From Candidatus Agathobaculum merdipullorum (GTDB taxonomy: Bacteria > Bacillota > Clostridia > Oscillospirales > Butyricicoccaceae), in NCBI GenBank assembly GCA_019115185.1, contig DXDZ01000064.1, forward strand, positions 1 through 11,118: a DNA stretch of 11,118 nucleotides, read 5' to 3'. The position numbers and the translations under genes are program-made. Under the pieces are notes generated by a model, which saw only the letters and a program-made list of their open reading frames with translations, was not told the origin of the DNA and made no database searches. Of this stretch, positions 1-5,640 are shown piece after piece. Every line of letters begins with the position of its first letter. Position 1 is the stretch's first letter.

Positions 1-846
1 ATCGCCCTGATCGCAGGCGCGATTTTCGACAACGCGGGCTGGGTGGCCTTCTCGGCCTACTTCATTGGCGTGCTGGCGATTATTGTATCCGGCATCATGC
101 TCAAGAAGTTCAGGATGTTCGCGGGCGAACCGGCTCCGTTCGTCATGGAGCTGCCGAGCTATCACATGCCGACCGCGCGCAACGTGCTCCGCTCGATGGG
201 CGAGCGCGGCGGATCGTTCATCCGTAAGGCAGGCACCGTTATTCTGCTCAGCACGGTTGTGCTGTGGTTTTTGCAGGCTTACGGCTGGGAAAACGGCGCG
301 TTCGGTTCGGTTTCCGACATCAACAACAGCGTGCTTGCTGCGATCGGCAACGGAATTGCGCCGCTGTTTGCGCCGCTCGGCTGGGGCAACTGGCAGAATG
401 CGGTCGCGTCGGTCACCGGCCTGATTGCTAAGGAAAATGTGGTTGCCACCTTTGGCCAGACGCTTGGCTTTGCCGAGGTTGCCGAGGACGGTGTGGAGAT
501 TTGGAGCCAGCTGGCGGCTTCTTTCACTCCGGTCAGCGCGTTCTCGTTCATGTGCTTTAACCTGCTGTGTGCGCCGTGCTTCGCGGCGATGGGCGCGATC
601 AAGCGCGAGATGAACAACGCCAAGTGGACGGCGTTCGCCATCGGCTACATGTGCGTGTTTGCATACTGCGTGGCGCTGATGGTGTACCAGTTCGGCGGTC
701 TGTTCACGGGCGAGGTTTCCTTCGGCCTCGGTACGGTTGCCGCGGTTCTCGTGCTGGCGCTGATAATTTTCCTGCTGGTGCGCAAGCCGGCGAAGGCGGA
801 CGACACGGCGGAGCTGCGCCGTATGAGCGTGCAGGCGAACGGCTGA
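1..846 (+). CDS. feoB: Ferrous iron transporter FeoB, C-terminal membrane portion (5' end outside window)
   Basis: Frame 1 is open from base 1, so track ORF 43..846 is only the internal part. Polytopic hydrophobic protein with FeoB-type segments (GGSFIRKAGTVILLSTVVLWFL, GLIAKENVVATFG, LCAPCFAAMGAIKREM). Followed by the small Cys-rich peptide gene that typically trails feoB in Firmicutes. Confidence 0.85.
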   Translation: MALIAGAIFDNAGWVAFSAYFIGVLAIIVSGIMLKKFRMFAGEPAPFVMELPSYHMPTARNVLRSMGERGGSFIRKAGTVILLSTVVLWFLQAYGWENGAFGSVSDINNSVLAAIGNGIAPLFAPLGWGNWQNAVASVTGLIAKENVVATFGQTLGFAEVAEDGVEIWSQLAASFTPVSAFSFMCFNLLCAPCFAAMGAIKREMNNAKWTAFAIGYMCVFAYCVALMVYQFGGLFTGEVSFGLGTVAAVLVLALIIFLLVRKPAKADDTAELRRMSVQANG

Positions 847-906
847 TTTGGGGCTTGTCCGCAGAGCAATCCTGTTTTACAATGAAAAGGAAAGGAGGCG
901 AAACAG

Positions 907-1077
907 ATGACGACATTGATCGTGGGCCTGTTGGTGGCGCTGCTGGTGTTCTTGGCTGCGCGGTCGGTGGTGCGCCAGTCCAAGACGGGCGGATGCAGTG
1001 GATGCAGTGGCTGTTCGGGCTGCGGCGGCAGCTGCGGCTGTCATACCGACACGCCTCCCGAAGAGCAAAACCGATAA
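907..1077 (+). CDS. FeoB-associated Cys-rich membrane peptide (56 aa, below ORF-track cutoff)
   Basis: ATG 907 preceded by AGGAGG (893-898, 8-nt spacer). Product is MTTLIVGLLVALLVFLAARSVVRQSKTGGCSGCSGCSGCGGSCGCHTDTPPEEQNR: one TM helix, then a CSG/CGG repeat. TAA at 1075-1077. Confidence 0.7.
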   Translation: MTTLIVGLLVALLVFLAARSVVRQSKTGGCSGCSGCSGCGGSCGCHTDTPPEEQNR

Positions 1078-1090
1078 CCAATTTCTTTCA

Positions 1091-1130
1091 GCCGTCCGGC
1101 GCAATGCGCCGGGCGGCTTTTGTGTGTTTG
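1091..1130 (+). terminator. Rho-independent terminator of the feoB operon
   Basis: 12-bp GC-rich stem 1091-1102 / 1106-1117 (one G-U pair), 3-nt loop AAT, followed by TTTTGTGTGTTTG. Confidence 0.7.
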
Positions 1131-1187
1131 CAGTCGGTCACGGACGGAGGGTGCGCGGCATAGACTGGGGAGAAAGGTGGTTTTTCT

Positions 1188-2030
1188 ATGGTGATCCATG
1201 TTGTTCAGCCGGGGGATTCCCTGTATCGCATCGCGCAAGCCTACCATGCGCCGCTCCAGCTGCTGATCCAGCAGAACGAGCTGCACGAGCCTTACCGGCT
1301 CACGCCCGGGCAGACAATCGTCGTGCCGCAGCCCGTGCAGGTACATACCGTCCGGCAGGGGGATACGCTGTCCGGCATTGCCGCGCAGCATAATACGACC
1401 GTGCTGAAACTGCTGCAAAACAATCCGCAGCTCGGCGGTGGGGACCGCATCTGGCCGGGACAGACGCTGGTGATCTCCTATGGCCCCAAGCTGGGCACGT
1501 TTGCGGTCAACGGCTATGCGTATCCGAACATTGACCAGCGAGTTTTGCGTAAAACGCTGCTCTATCTAACGTACTTATCGGTGTTTTCCTACGGATTTGA
1601 CAGTCTGGGCCGCATCCTGCCGCAGAATGCGGAGGCGCTCACGCGCATGGCGCGGCAATACGGCGTGCTGCCGCTGCTGGTGCTGACGACGCTCGGCGAG
1701 GACGGTCAGTTTTCGGGCGAGCGGGCGCAGCAGCTGTTGCGCGACCCGGTCGCACGCGGTGCACTGATTGAAAATCTGGCACAGACCATCGCGGCGCAGG
1801 GCTTCGCAGGGGTGGATATCGACTTCGAGTATATCCCGTCCGAGGATGCGGCGGCCTATGCCGACTTTGTCCGCGCGGTGCGCGCGCGGCTCGAGCCGTC
1901 CGGGCTGACGGTCATGGTCGCGCTCGCGCCCAAGACCTCGGCCGACCAGCCGGGGCTGCTGTACGAGTCGCACGACTACGCGGCACTCGGCGCGGCAGCG
2001 AACGATGTACTGCTCATGACGTATGAATAA
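1188..2030 (+). CDS. LysM-LysM-glycoside hydrolase family 18 protein (YaaH/SleL-like spore peptidoglycan hydrolase), 5' fragment truncated by prophage insertion
   Basis: ATG 1188 follows GGAGAAAGGTGG. Two LysM repeats (VVQPGDSLYRIAQAY..., HTVRQGDTLSGIAAQH...) precede a GH18 region with catalytic GVDIDFEY. The ORF ends ...NDVLLMTYE + TAA (2028-2030), inside the conserved GH18 MxYD/E motif and exactly where GC-rich coding sequence gives way to AT-rich DNA. The rest of the barrel is missing. Confidence 0.8.
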   Translation: MVIHVVQPGDSLYRIAQAYHAPLQLLIQQNELHEPYRLTPGQTIVVPQPVQVHTVRQGDTLSGIAAQHNTTVLKLLQNNPQLGGGDRIWPGQTLVISYGPKLGTFAVNGYAYPNIDQRVLRKTLLYLTYLSVFSYGFDSLGRILPQNAEALTRMARQYGVLPLLVLTTLGEDGQFSGERAQQLLRDPVARGALIENLAQTIAAQGFAGVDIDFEYIPSEDAAAYADFVRAVRARLEPSGLTVMVALAPKTSADQPGLLYESHDYAALGAAANDVLLMTYE

Positions 2031-2045
2031 GTTATTTTATGATAC
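2021..2045. other. Candidate att junction (attL/attR core) of the prophage
   Basis: Imperfect inverted repeat GTATGAATAA (2021-2030) N6 TTATGATAC (2037-2045) at the composition break, 25-50 bp from the recombinase stop codon (2070-2072). The exact crossover dinucleotide cannot be determined from one junction. Confidence 0.4.
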
Positions 2046-2069
2046 ATACAATTGACCGGCTAAGGTTTA

Positions 2070-3620
2070 CTATTCAAATCGTCGTTCGATTTGGATATAG
2101 ATGGTTGCGTCGCCAGCACTGCGCTCGGCGGCGTTTTTTTCGTATGTGATGCGGCTGACTACACTTTTCAGCAGGTCGTTTCGCTCCTGCGCGGTCGCGG
2201 CGTTGGGATAGGCTTCGATCACATGCTCCAGACGCGGGCGCATGGCAGGTGCGCCGCGGCGCTCTTGGTCGATTGCCAGCGCGCGGGCGCTGGCCTTGGC
2301 AAGTGCGCGGTCCAGCTCGGCGAGCTGGCTGTCCAGTTGGCGGCGGCGGGAAACGAAATACTCCGGCGTGTAGACCTCCTGCTCGACCAGCTCGGCGGCG
2401 CGGTCAAGCTGTGCGCGCAGCTTGCGCTGGGCGGCGTGGATCGCGCGAATCTCTTCGTGCGCCTGCGCGGCGCGTGCGTCCAGTTCGCGTTCGACTGTAT
2501 TCTGATGGTCGATGTCCACCTCGTACTCGGCCAGCCATAGCCGCAGCGCGTGCAGCACCGCGTCCTCCACGTCGGCGCAGAATGAGCTGACATTATTGCA
2601 GTCTGCCCAGCGGCAGTCCAGCCGACCGGTGCAGGGCAGGGCAGCGGCCGGTGCACCGTAGGTCATCACATGGCCGCACTTGGCGCAATACAGCAGGCCG
2701 ACAAACGGGTTTTTGAGTTCGTGGTTTTTCTTGAGCGGCAAGCCGGGGGTGTTGTCCAGCAGACGCTGCACGGTACCAAAATCCTCGTCACTGACGAGCG
2801 CTTCATGCAGGCCGCGCGCCTTGACGTAGTCATCTACATACCGGCGCGGCTTGGTCAGCACACCGTCGCGCACGGTGGGCTGCGCGGCCTTGCGTCCCCA
2901 TGTCACATAGCCCGCGTACAGGCAGTTGCGCAGCACGTTGCGCACCGACTGGGCGCTCCACGCGACACCAGCAGAGGTGCGTTCCCCGCGTGCATTGAGA
3001 CGGCAGGCAATGACATAGCAGCCGACACCTTGCAGACGCAAGTCGAAAATCTCACGCACGATTGCGGCCTGTGGCGGGTTTGGTTCAAGCGTGTAGCCTT
3101 TGCCGTTCCGCACCTTGACACGGAAATAGCCGTAGGGGTCGGTCTTGCCCATGTATTTGCCCTCTTTGACCGAGGCGATGCGCCCGGCGATCATGCGGCG
3201 CTTGATGGTCTTATATTCGCGGCGCGACATGAACAGGCCGAACTCGAAGTACTCCTCGTCGAATTCGTTGGCGGGGTCGTAGGTTTTTGCCGGGGTGATG
3301 ATGCGTGTGCCAGAGTATTTGAACGCCTGCGCGACGATGCCCTGGTCGATGCTGTCGCCGCGGGCGAGACGTTCGATCTCCATGACCAGCACGCCGTCCC
3401 ACTGACCGGCCTCGACCTCGGTCAGCAGCCGCTGCATCTGCGGCCGGGCGGCGATGGTTTCGCCCGAGACAATTTCCTCATAGATCCCGCCGATCTCCAG
3501 CCCCATGCGGCGCGCGAGTGCGAGCAGCGCGGCACGATGCCGGGCAAGGGTTTCGCCCTCGCCGCGGGCTTCGGCTTCGGCGTCCGCGCGCGATTTTCGG
3601 AGGTATATCAGATATGCCAT
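2070..3620 (-). CDS. Large serine recombinase (phage integrase)
   Basis: 516 aa. N-terminal resolvase-type domain (AYLIYLRKSRAD with presumptive nucleophile Ser10, VLVMEIERLARG), a recombinase domain, and a Cys cluster/zinc ribbon (YCAKCGHVM...PCTGRLDCRWADC). The long coiled-coil-like C-terminal region is typical of large serine recombinases. SD AAAGGTGA precedes ATG 3620. Confidence 0.9.
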   Translation of the reverse strand: MAYLIYLRKSRADAEAEARGEGETLARHRAALLALARRMGLEIGGIYEEIVSGETIAARPQMQRLLTEVEAGQWDGVLVMEIERLARGDSIDQGIVAQAFKYSGTRIITPAKTYDPANEFDEEYFEFGLFMSRREYKTIKRRMIAGRIASVKEGKYMGKTDPYGYFRVKVRNGKGYTLEPNPPQAAIVREIFDLRLQGVGCYVIACRLNARGERTSAGVAWSAQSVRNVLRNCLYAGYVTWGRKAAQPTVRDGVLTKPRRYVDDYVKARGLHEALVSDEDFGTVQRLLDNTPGLPLKKNHELKNPFVGLLYCAKCGHVMTYGAPAAALPCTGRLDCRWADCNNVSSFCADVEDAVLHALRLWLAEYEVDIDHQNTVERELDARAAQAHEEIRAIHAAQRKLRAQLDRAAELVEQEVYTPEYFVSRRRQLDSQLAELDRALAKASARALAIDQERRGAPAMRPRLEHVIEAYPNAATAQERNDLLKSVVSRITYEKNAAERSAGDATIYIQIERRFE

Positions 3621-3666
3621 AAAATCACCTTTTTTCAGTATATGGGGCGGGAAAATGGATAAAAAC

Positions 3667-3680
3667 AGAACATTTGTTCG
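3667..3680 (-). promoter_or_regulatory. Cheo-box-like (Gram-positive LexA/DinR) operator upstream of the recombinase gene
   Basis: The minus strand reads CGAACAAATGTTCT, a 13/14 match to CGAACRNRYGTTYC with a perfect GAAC-N4-GTTC core. It lies 47 nt upstream of the recombinase ATG and abuts a weak candidate promoter TTTTTA (3665-3660) 17 nt TATACT (3642-3637). Confidence 0.5.
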
Positions 3681-3691
3681 GTAAAAGCGGG

Positions 3692-3736
3692 TGTAAAAAT
3701 GCAGACCACAACAAACGGTGTTCGGTTGTGGTCTGC
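3692..3736 (-). terminator. Rho-independent terminator downstream of ltp
   Basis: Perfect 12-bp stem 3701-3712 / 3725-3736. On the minus strand it is followed by ATTTTTAC. Located 9 nt after the ltp stop codon. Confidence 0.75.
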
Positions 3737-3744
3737 GGGGTTAT

Positions 3745-4281
3745 TTAGTAGCCTGCGGCCGTGACGCCGTATTCGGCTTGCTCCTGCGTAAAGCCATCGT
3801 ACACAAGTTGGTCGATCAATTCTTGACGTGAAAACGACATCATTTCCAGATAGCTTTGAGCGGATTTGGCGGCCTGCTCATTCCAATCTGCGCCGCAATT
3901 ATCTACTGCAAATGTTGCATCTTCAGTGGAGTAGCCTTCAAATTCAAGCTGGCTAATTAGGCCGCTACGCGAAAAAGCTGTAAAAGAAAGATAGCTTTCA
4001 GCCGATCCCAATGCATTTTTCTGGCCCATAGTCATGGTGTCGGCGGGTTCTTCCGGCTCTTCAACCGGTGCAGCAGTCTGCTCAGTCTGCTGTCCATCTT
4101 CTGGCTCGGCATCTGTCAGCTCGGTTGTGGTGGTCTGCGTTTGCTCAGCGGTCTGCTGGTCATCGCCCTTGGTTTCGGTATCATCCGAAGGAGCAAACAT
4201 GCCGATAACAAGCACGATTACGATTGCCCATACCCACCAGCGTTTGTAAAACGGTTTTTTGGCCTTTGCTTTTTCTTCCAT
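3745..4281 (-). CDS. ltp: Ltp-family host-surface superinfection-exclusion protein (TM-anchored, two Ltp repeats)
   Basis: 178 aa. N-terminal TM helix (WWVWAIVIVLVIGMF, no lipobox Cys), an acidic T/E/Q-rich linker, then two ~48-aa repeats matching the Ltp repeat (QKNALGSAESYLSFTAFSRSGLISQLEFEGYSTEDATFAV; AAKSAQSYLEMMSFSRQELIDQLVYDGFTQEQAEYGV). SD AAGGGGGA precedes ATG 4281. Confidence 0.85.
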   Translation of the reverse strand: MEEKAKAKKPFYKRWWVWAIVIVLVIGMFAPSDDTETKGDDQQTAEQTQTTTTELTDAEPEDGQQTEQTAAPVEEPEEPADTMTMGQKNALGSAESYLSFTAFSRSGLISQLEFEGYSTEDATFAVDNCGADWNEQAAKSAQSYLEMMSFSRQELIDQLVYDGFTQEQAEYGVTAAGY

Positions 4282-4300
4282 GATAAATCCCCCTTAAAGA

Positions 4301-4328
4301 TTGACAAAATTAGCCAATCATGTATAAT
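4301..4328 (+). promoter_or_regulatory. Near-consensus sigma-A promoter driving a short rightward RNA
   Basis: TTGACA (4301-4306), 16-nt spacer, TATAAT (4323-4328). Its -10 overlaps a candidate leftward ltp promoter: TTCACA 4349-4344, 17 nt, TATACA 4326-4321. Confidence 0.6.
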
Positions 4329-4334
4329 GGTGTT

Positions 4335-4405
4335 GGAGGACTGTGTGAAACACTCCATATTTGCCCGTTCCGGTGGTGGTGCACTGGGACGGGCGTTTTT
4401 TATTT
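4335..4405 (+). ncRNA. Predicted ~70-nt small RNA (orphan promoter-terminator unit)
   Basis: The predicted start lies ~7 nt after the -10 element. A 13-bp terminator stem (4363-4375 / 4382-4394) has two G-U pairs that would be A-C mismatches on the opposite strand. It is followed by G TTTTTT A TTT (4395-4405). No credible ORF: the only candidate, GTG 4345, runs through the terminator. Confidence 0.5.
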
Positions 4406-4939
4406 CGGGTATCTGCCGTTTGGTAATTCATAGACAGCACAGGTGATTACCGCACTGGTAAACTCGTAATCACTCAGCTTTGGATCGTTCTCGTCCAGAT
4501 CCCAGCCACCTACTTGGATGAACGTCGTATGCTCAAAGCGTGCCAACACTTCAAGTCCATGTGTCAATCGCTTGAAAATCATGTCTTTTACATCGCGTTC
4601 AGATAAAGAAATATTACTGGCGGGAAGCCAGCCAATGTATTGACCATTATATAGAACCTTGACAGCTGTTCCGTCATACTTATTCTTTGGGTCAGCCTGC
4701 AAAGTCAGCCATTGGCCTTTCATGTTACGGTTAATCACTTTTTGCGGGTCAGAGCCGTCGTGAACATGATTAACGCCAGACAGAGTAAACTCCATCGTCC
4801 TCATTAGCTTTGTGCCATCTTTACTGGTTTGCGGAAAGTCTGGGATAGGGATTGTGTCATACTGGCGTTGTTCTCGGATACCCTTGACGATGCCCCAGAT
4901 GAAAAGAGCAACAATAACAATAACTATCAGTGTACACAA
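4400..4939 (-). CDS. Membrane-anchored HIRAN-domain protein (start uncertain; track ORF extends to TTG 5080)
   Basis: A TM helix (LIVIVIVALFIWGIV) is followed by KGIREQRQ and a domain with the HIRAN signature (SGVNHVHDG...GQWLTLQADPKNKYDGTAVKVLYNGQYIGWLPA...LEVLARF). The preferred start is TTG 4939, 9 nt after AAAGGGG. TTG 5080 has no SD and would overlap the rightward promoter at 5012-5040. Confidence 0.6.
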   Translation of the reverse strand: MCTLIVIVIVALFIWGIVKGIREQRQYDTIPIPDFPQTSKDGTKLMRTMEFTLSGVNHVHDGSDPQKVINRNMKGQWLTLQADPKNKYDGTAVKVLYNGQYIGWLPASNISLSERDVKDMIFKRLTHGLEVLARFEHTTFIQVGGWDLDENDPKLSDYEFTSAVITCAVYELPNGRYPK

Positions 4940-5011
4940 GGATTTCAACCCCTTTGCGGTGTCCAAATTGAACACCGATTTTTTAATGCTATGCAATATA
5001 TTGATTTGCCC

Positions 5012-5040
5012 TTGCCAAAACCCAAGATGTGGTGTATTAT
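5012..5040 (+). promoter_or_regulatory. Rightward promoter of the 49-aa ORF / anti-repressor-gene transcript
   Basis: TTGCCA (5012-5017), 17-nt spacer, TATTAT (5035-5040). It shares the pattern TTGNCAAAA...TGTATWATG with the promoter at 4301. Confidence 0.55.
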
Positions 5041-5080
5041 GAAAAACACAAACGCTTGTTCGGTTTCTGGAGGGGATCAA

Positions 5081-5230
5081 ATGACGGATCGAGAAAAATA
5101 TATGCTCAAGCTGATTCGGACTTCGGCTGATCCGTCAGCTGCCATGGAAAAGGTCAGGAAGATTCTTTCTTTTGATCCGTCTCCAACACACGAAGCGCAG
5201 CGTCCTGCAAGGCAGGAGAAGCGTTTCTGA
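5081..5230 (+). CDS. Small hypothetical protein (49 aa) convergent with and overlapping the repressor gene
   Basis: GGAGGGG (5069-5075) lies 5 nt before ATG 5081. Product: MTDREKYMLKLIRTSADPSAAMEKVRKILSFDPSPTHEAQRPARQEKRF. It has its own promoter upstream and an intrinsic terminator downstream. The last 77 nt overlap the 3' end of 5154..5495 on the other strand. Confidence 0.5.
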   Translation: MTDREKYMLKLIRTSADPSAAMEKVRKILSFDPSPTHEAQRPARQEKRF

Positions 5231-5495
5231 ACAATTCAAGCAGCTCGTTTTCTTCGGCGCTTAATCCTGCGTCCTCTTCGGAGGACGCATTTTTATTTTT
5301 CGCGCGCCCCATCAGAAAATCTAAAGAAACATCAAAGTAGGTTGCGATTTTTAGCTTAATATCATCGGGGACAGAGCGTGCACCATTTTCGTATTGAGAT
5401 AGCGTGTTGTTTTTAATGCCCAAAATTTTTGATAGTTCAATCTGGCTCAGATTTCGAGCATTTCGCAATGATGTGATTGTTTGGCCTATTGTCAT
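5154..5495 (-). CDS. XRE-family HTH repressor (CI-like)
   Basis: 113 aa. HTH_XRE core (LRNARNLSQIELSKILGIKNNTLSQYENGARSVP), a linker, and a C-terminal helix (ENELLELFRNASPALQDAALRVL). SD GGGAGGAG lies 7 nt before ATG 5495. Divergent from a Cro-like gene across an operator-rich region. Confidence 0.9.
   Translation of the reverse strand: MTIGQTITSLRNARNLSQIELSKILGIKNNTLSQYENGARSVPDDIKLKIATYFDVSLDFLMGRAKNKNASSEEDAGLSAEENELLELFRNASPALQDAALRVLETDQKKESS
5269..5300 (+). terminator. Plus-strand intrinsic terminator embedded in the repressor coding sequence
   Basis: Perfect 8-bp stem GCGTCCTC / GAGGACGC (5269-5276 / 5281-5288) with a UUCG tetraloop, then A TTTTT A TTTTT (5289-5300). There is no U-tract on the minus side. 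It coincides with repressor linker residues K66-A76 (KNKNASSEEDA). Confidence 0.65.
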
Positions 5496-5640
5496 TGCAA
5501 AGCTCCTCCCAATTTCTCATTTTGTTAAAGTATAACACATATTTTCAAAATGTGAATATCATTGCACAAAATGAGAAATAATACTTGACATTCGCAAAAT
5601 GAGAAAGTATAATAAAATCACGAATTGAGAAAGGAGGAGA
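5496..5640. promoter_or_regulatory. Lysis-lysogeny switch: divergent promoters plus reiterated operator 12-mers
   Basis: Rightward: TTGACA (5585-5590) 17 nt TATAAT (5608-5613), then AGGAGG. Leftward candidate: TTCACA (5556-5551) 16 nt TGT-TATACT (5537-5529). Exact 12-mer CAAAATGAGAAA at 5567-5578 and 5595-5606, with an inverted copy at 5513-5524. 10/12 copies at 5546-5557 and 5621-5632. Confidence 0.8.

Noticed and set aside
1140-1166. Sigma-K-like promoter (AC-N17-CATAGACT) upstream of the LysM-GH18 gene
   Set aside because: It would fit a mother-cell sporulation gene, but the motif (AC plus CATA-N3-T) is too degenerate to call from one sequence. It is kept only as a hint.
65-1418. Overlapping ORFs in and after feoB (65..424, 279..641, 567..1163, 645..983, 704..1081, 877..1104, 998..1393, 1041..1418)
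   Set aside because: Arg/Ala/Pro-rich high-GC shadow frames. The region is fully explained by feoB, the 56-aa Cys-rich peptide, a terminator and the LysM-GH18 gene.
2670-3662. 330-aa plus-strand ORF opposite the recombinase gene, plus 2091..2540, 2219..2656, 2249..2590 and other internal ORFs
   Set aside because: These are shadow frames of a confidently identified 516-aa serine recombinase in ~70% GC sequence. They have no motifs and no SD.
4141-4446. 101-aa plus ORF, and a 33-aa peptide from GTG 4345 behind GGAGGA
   Set aside because: The long ORF is antisense to ltp and then runs across a promoter and through an intrinsic terminator. The 33-aa frame would need read-through of that terminator. 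A non-coding RNA is the simpler reading.
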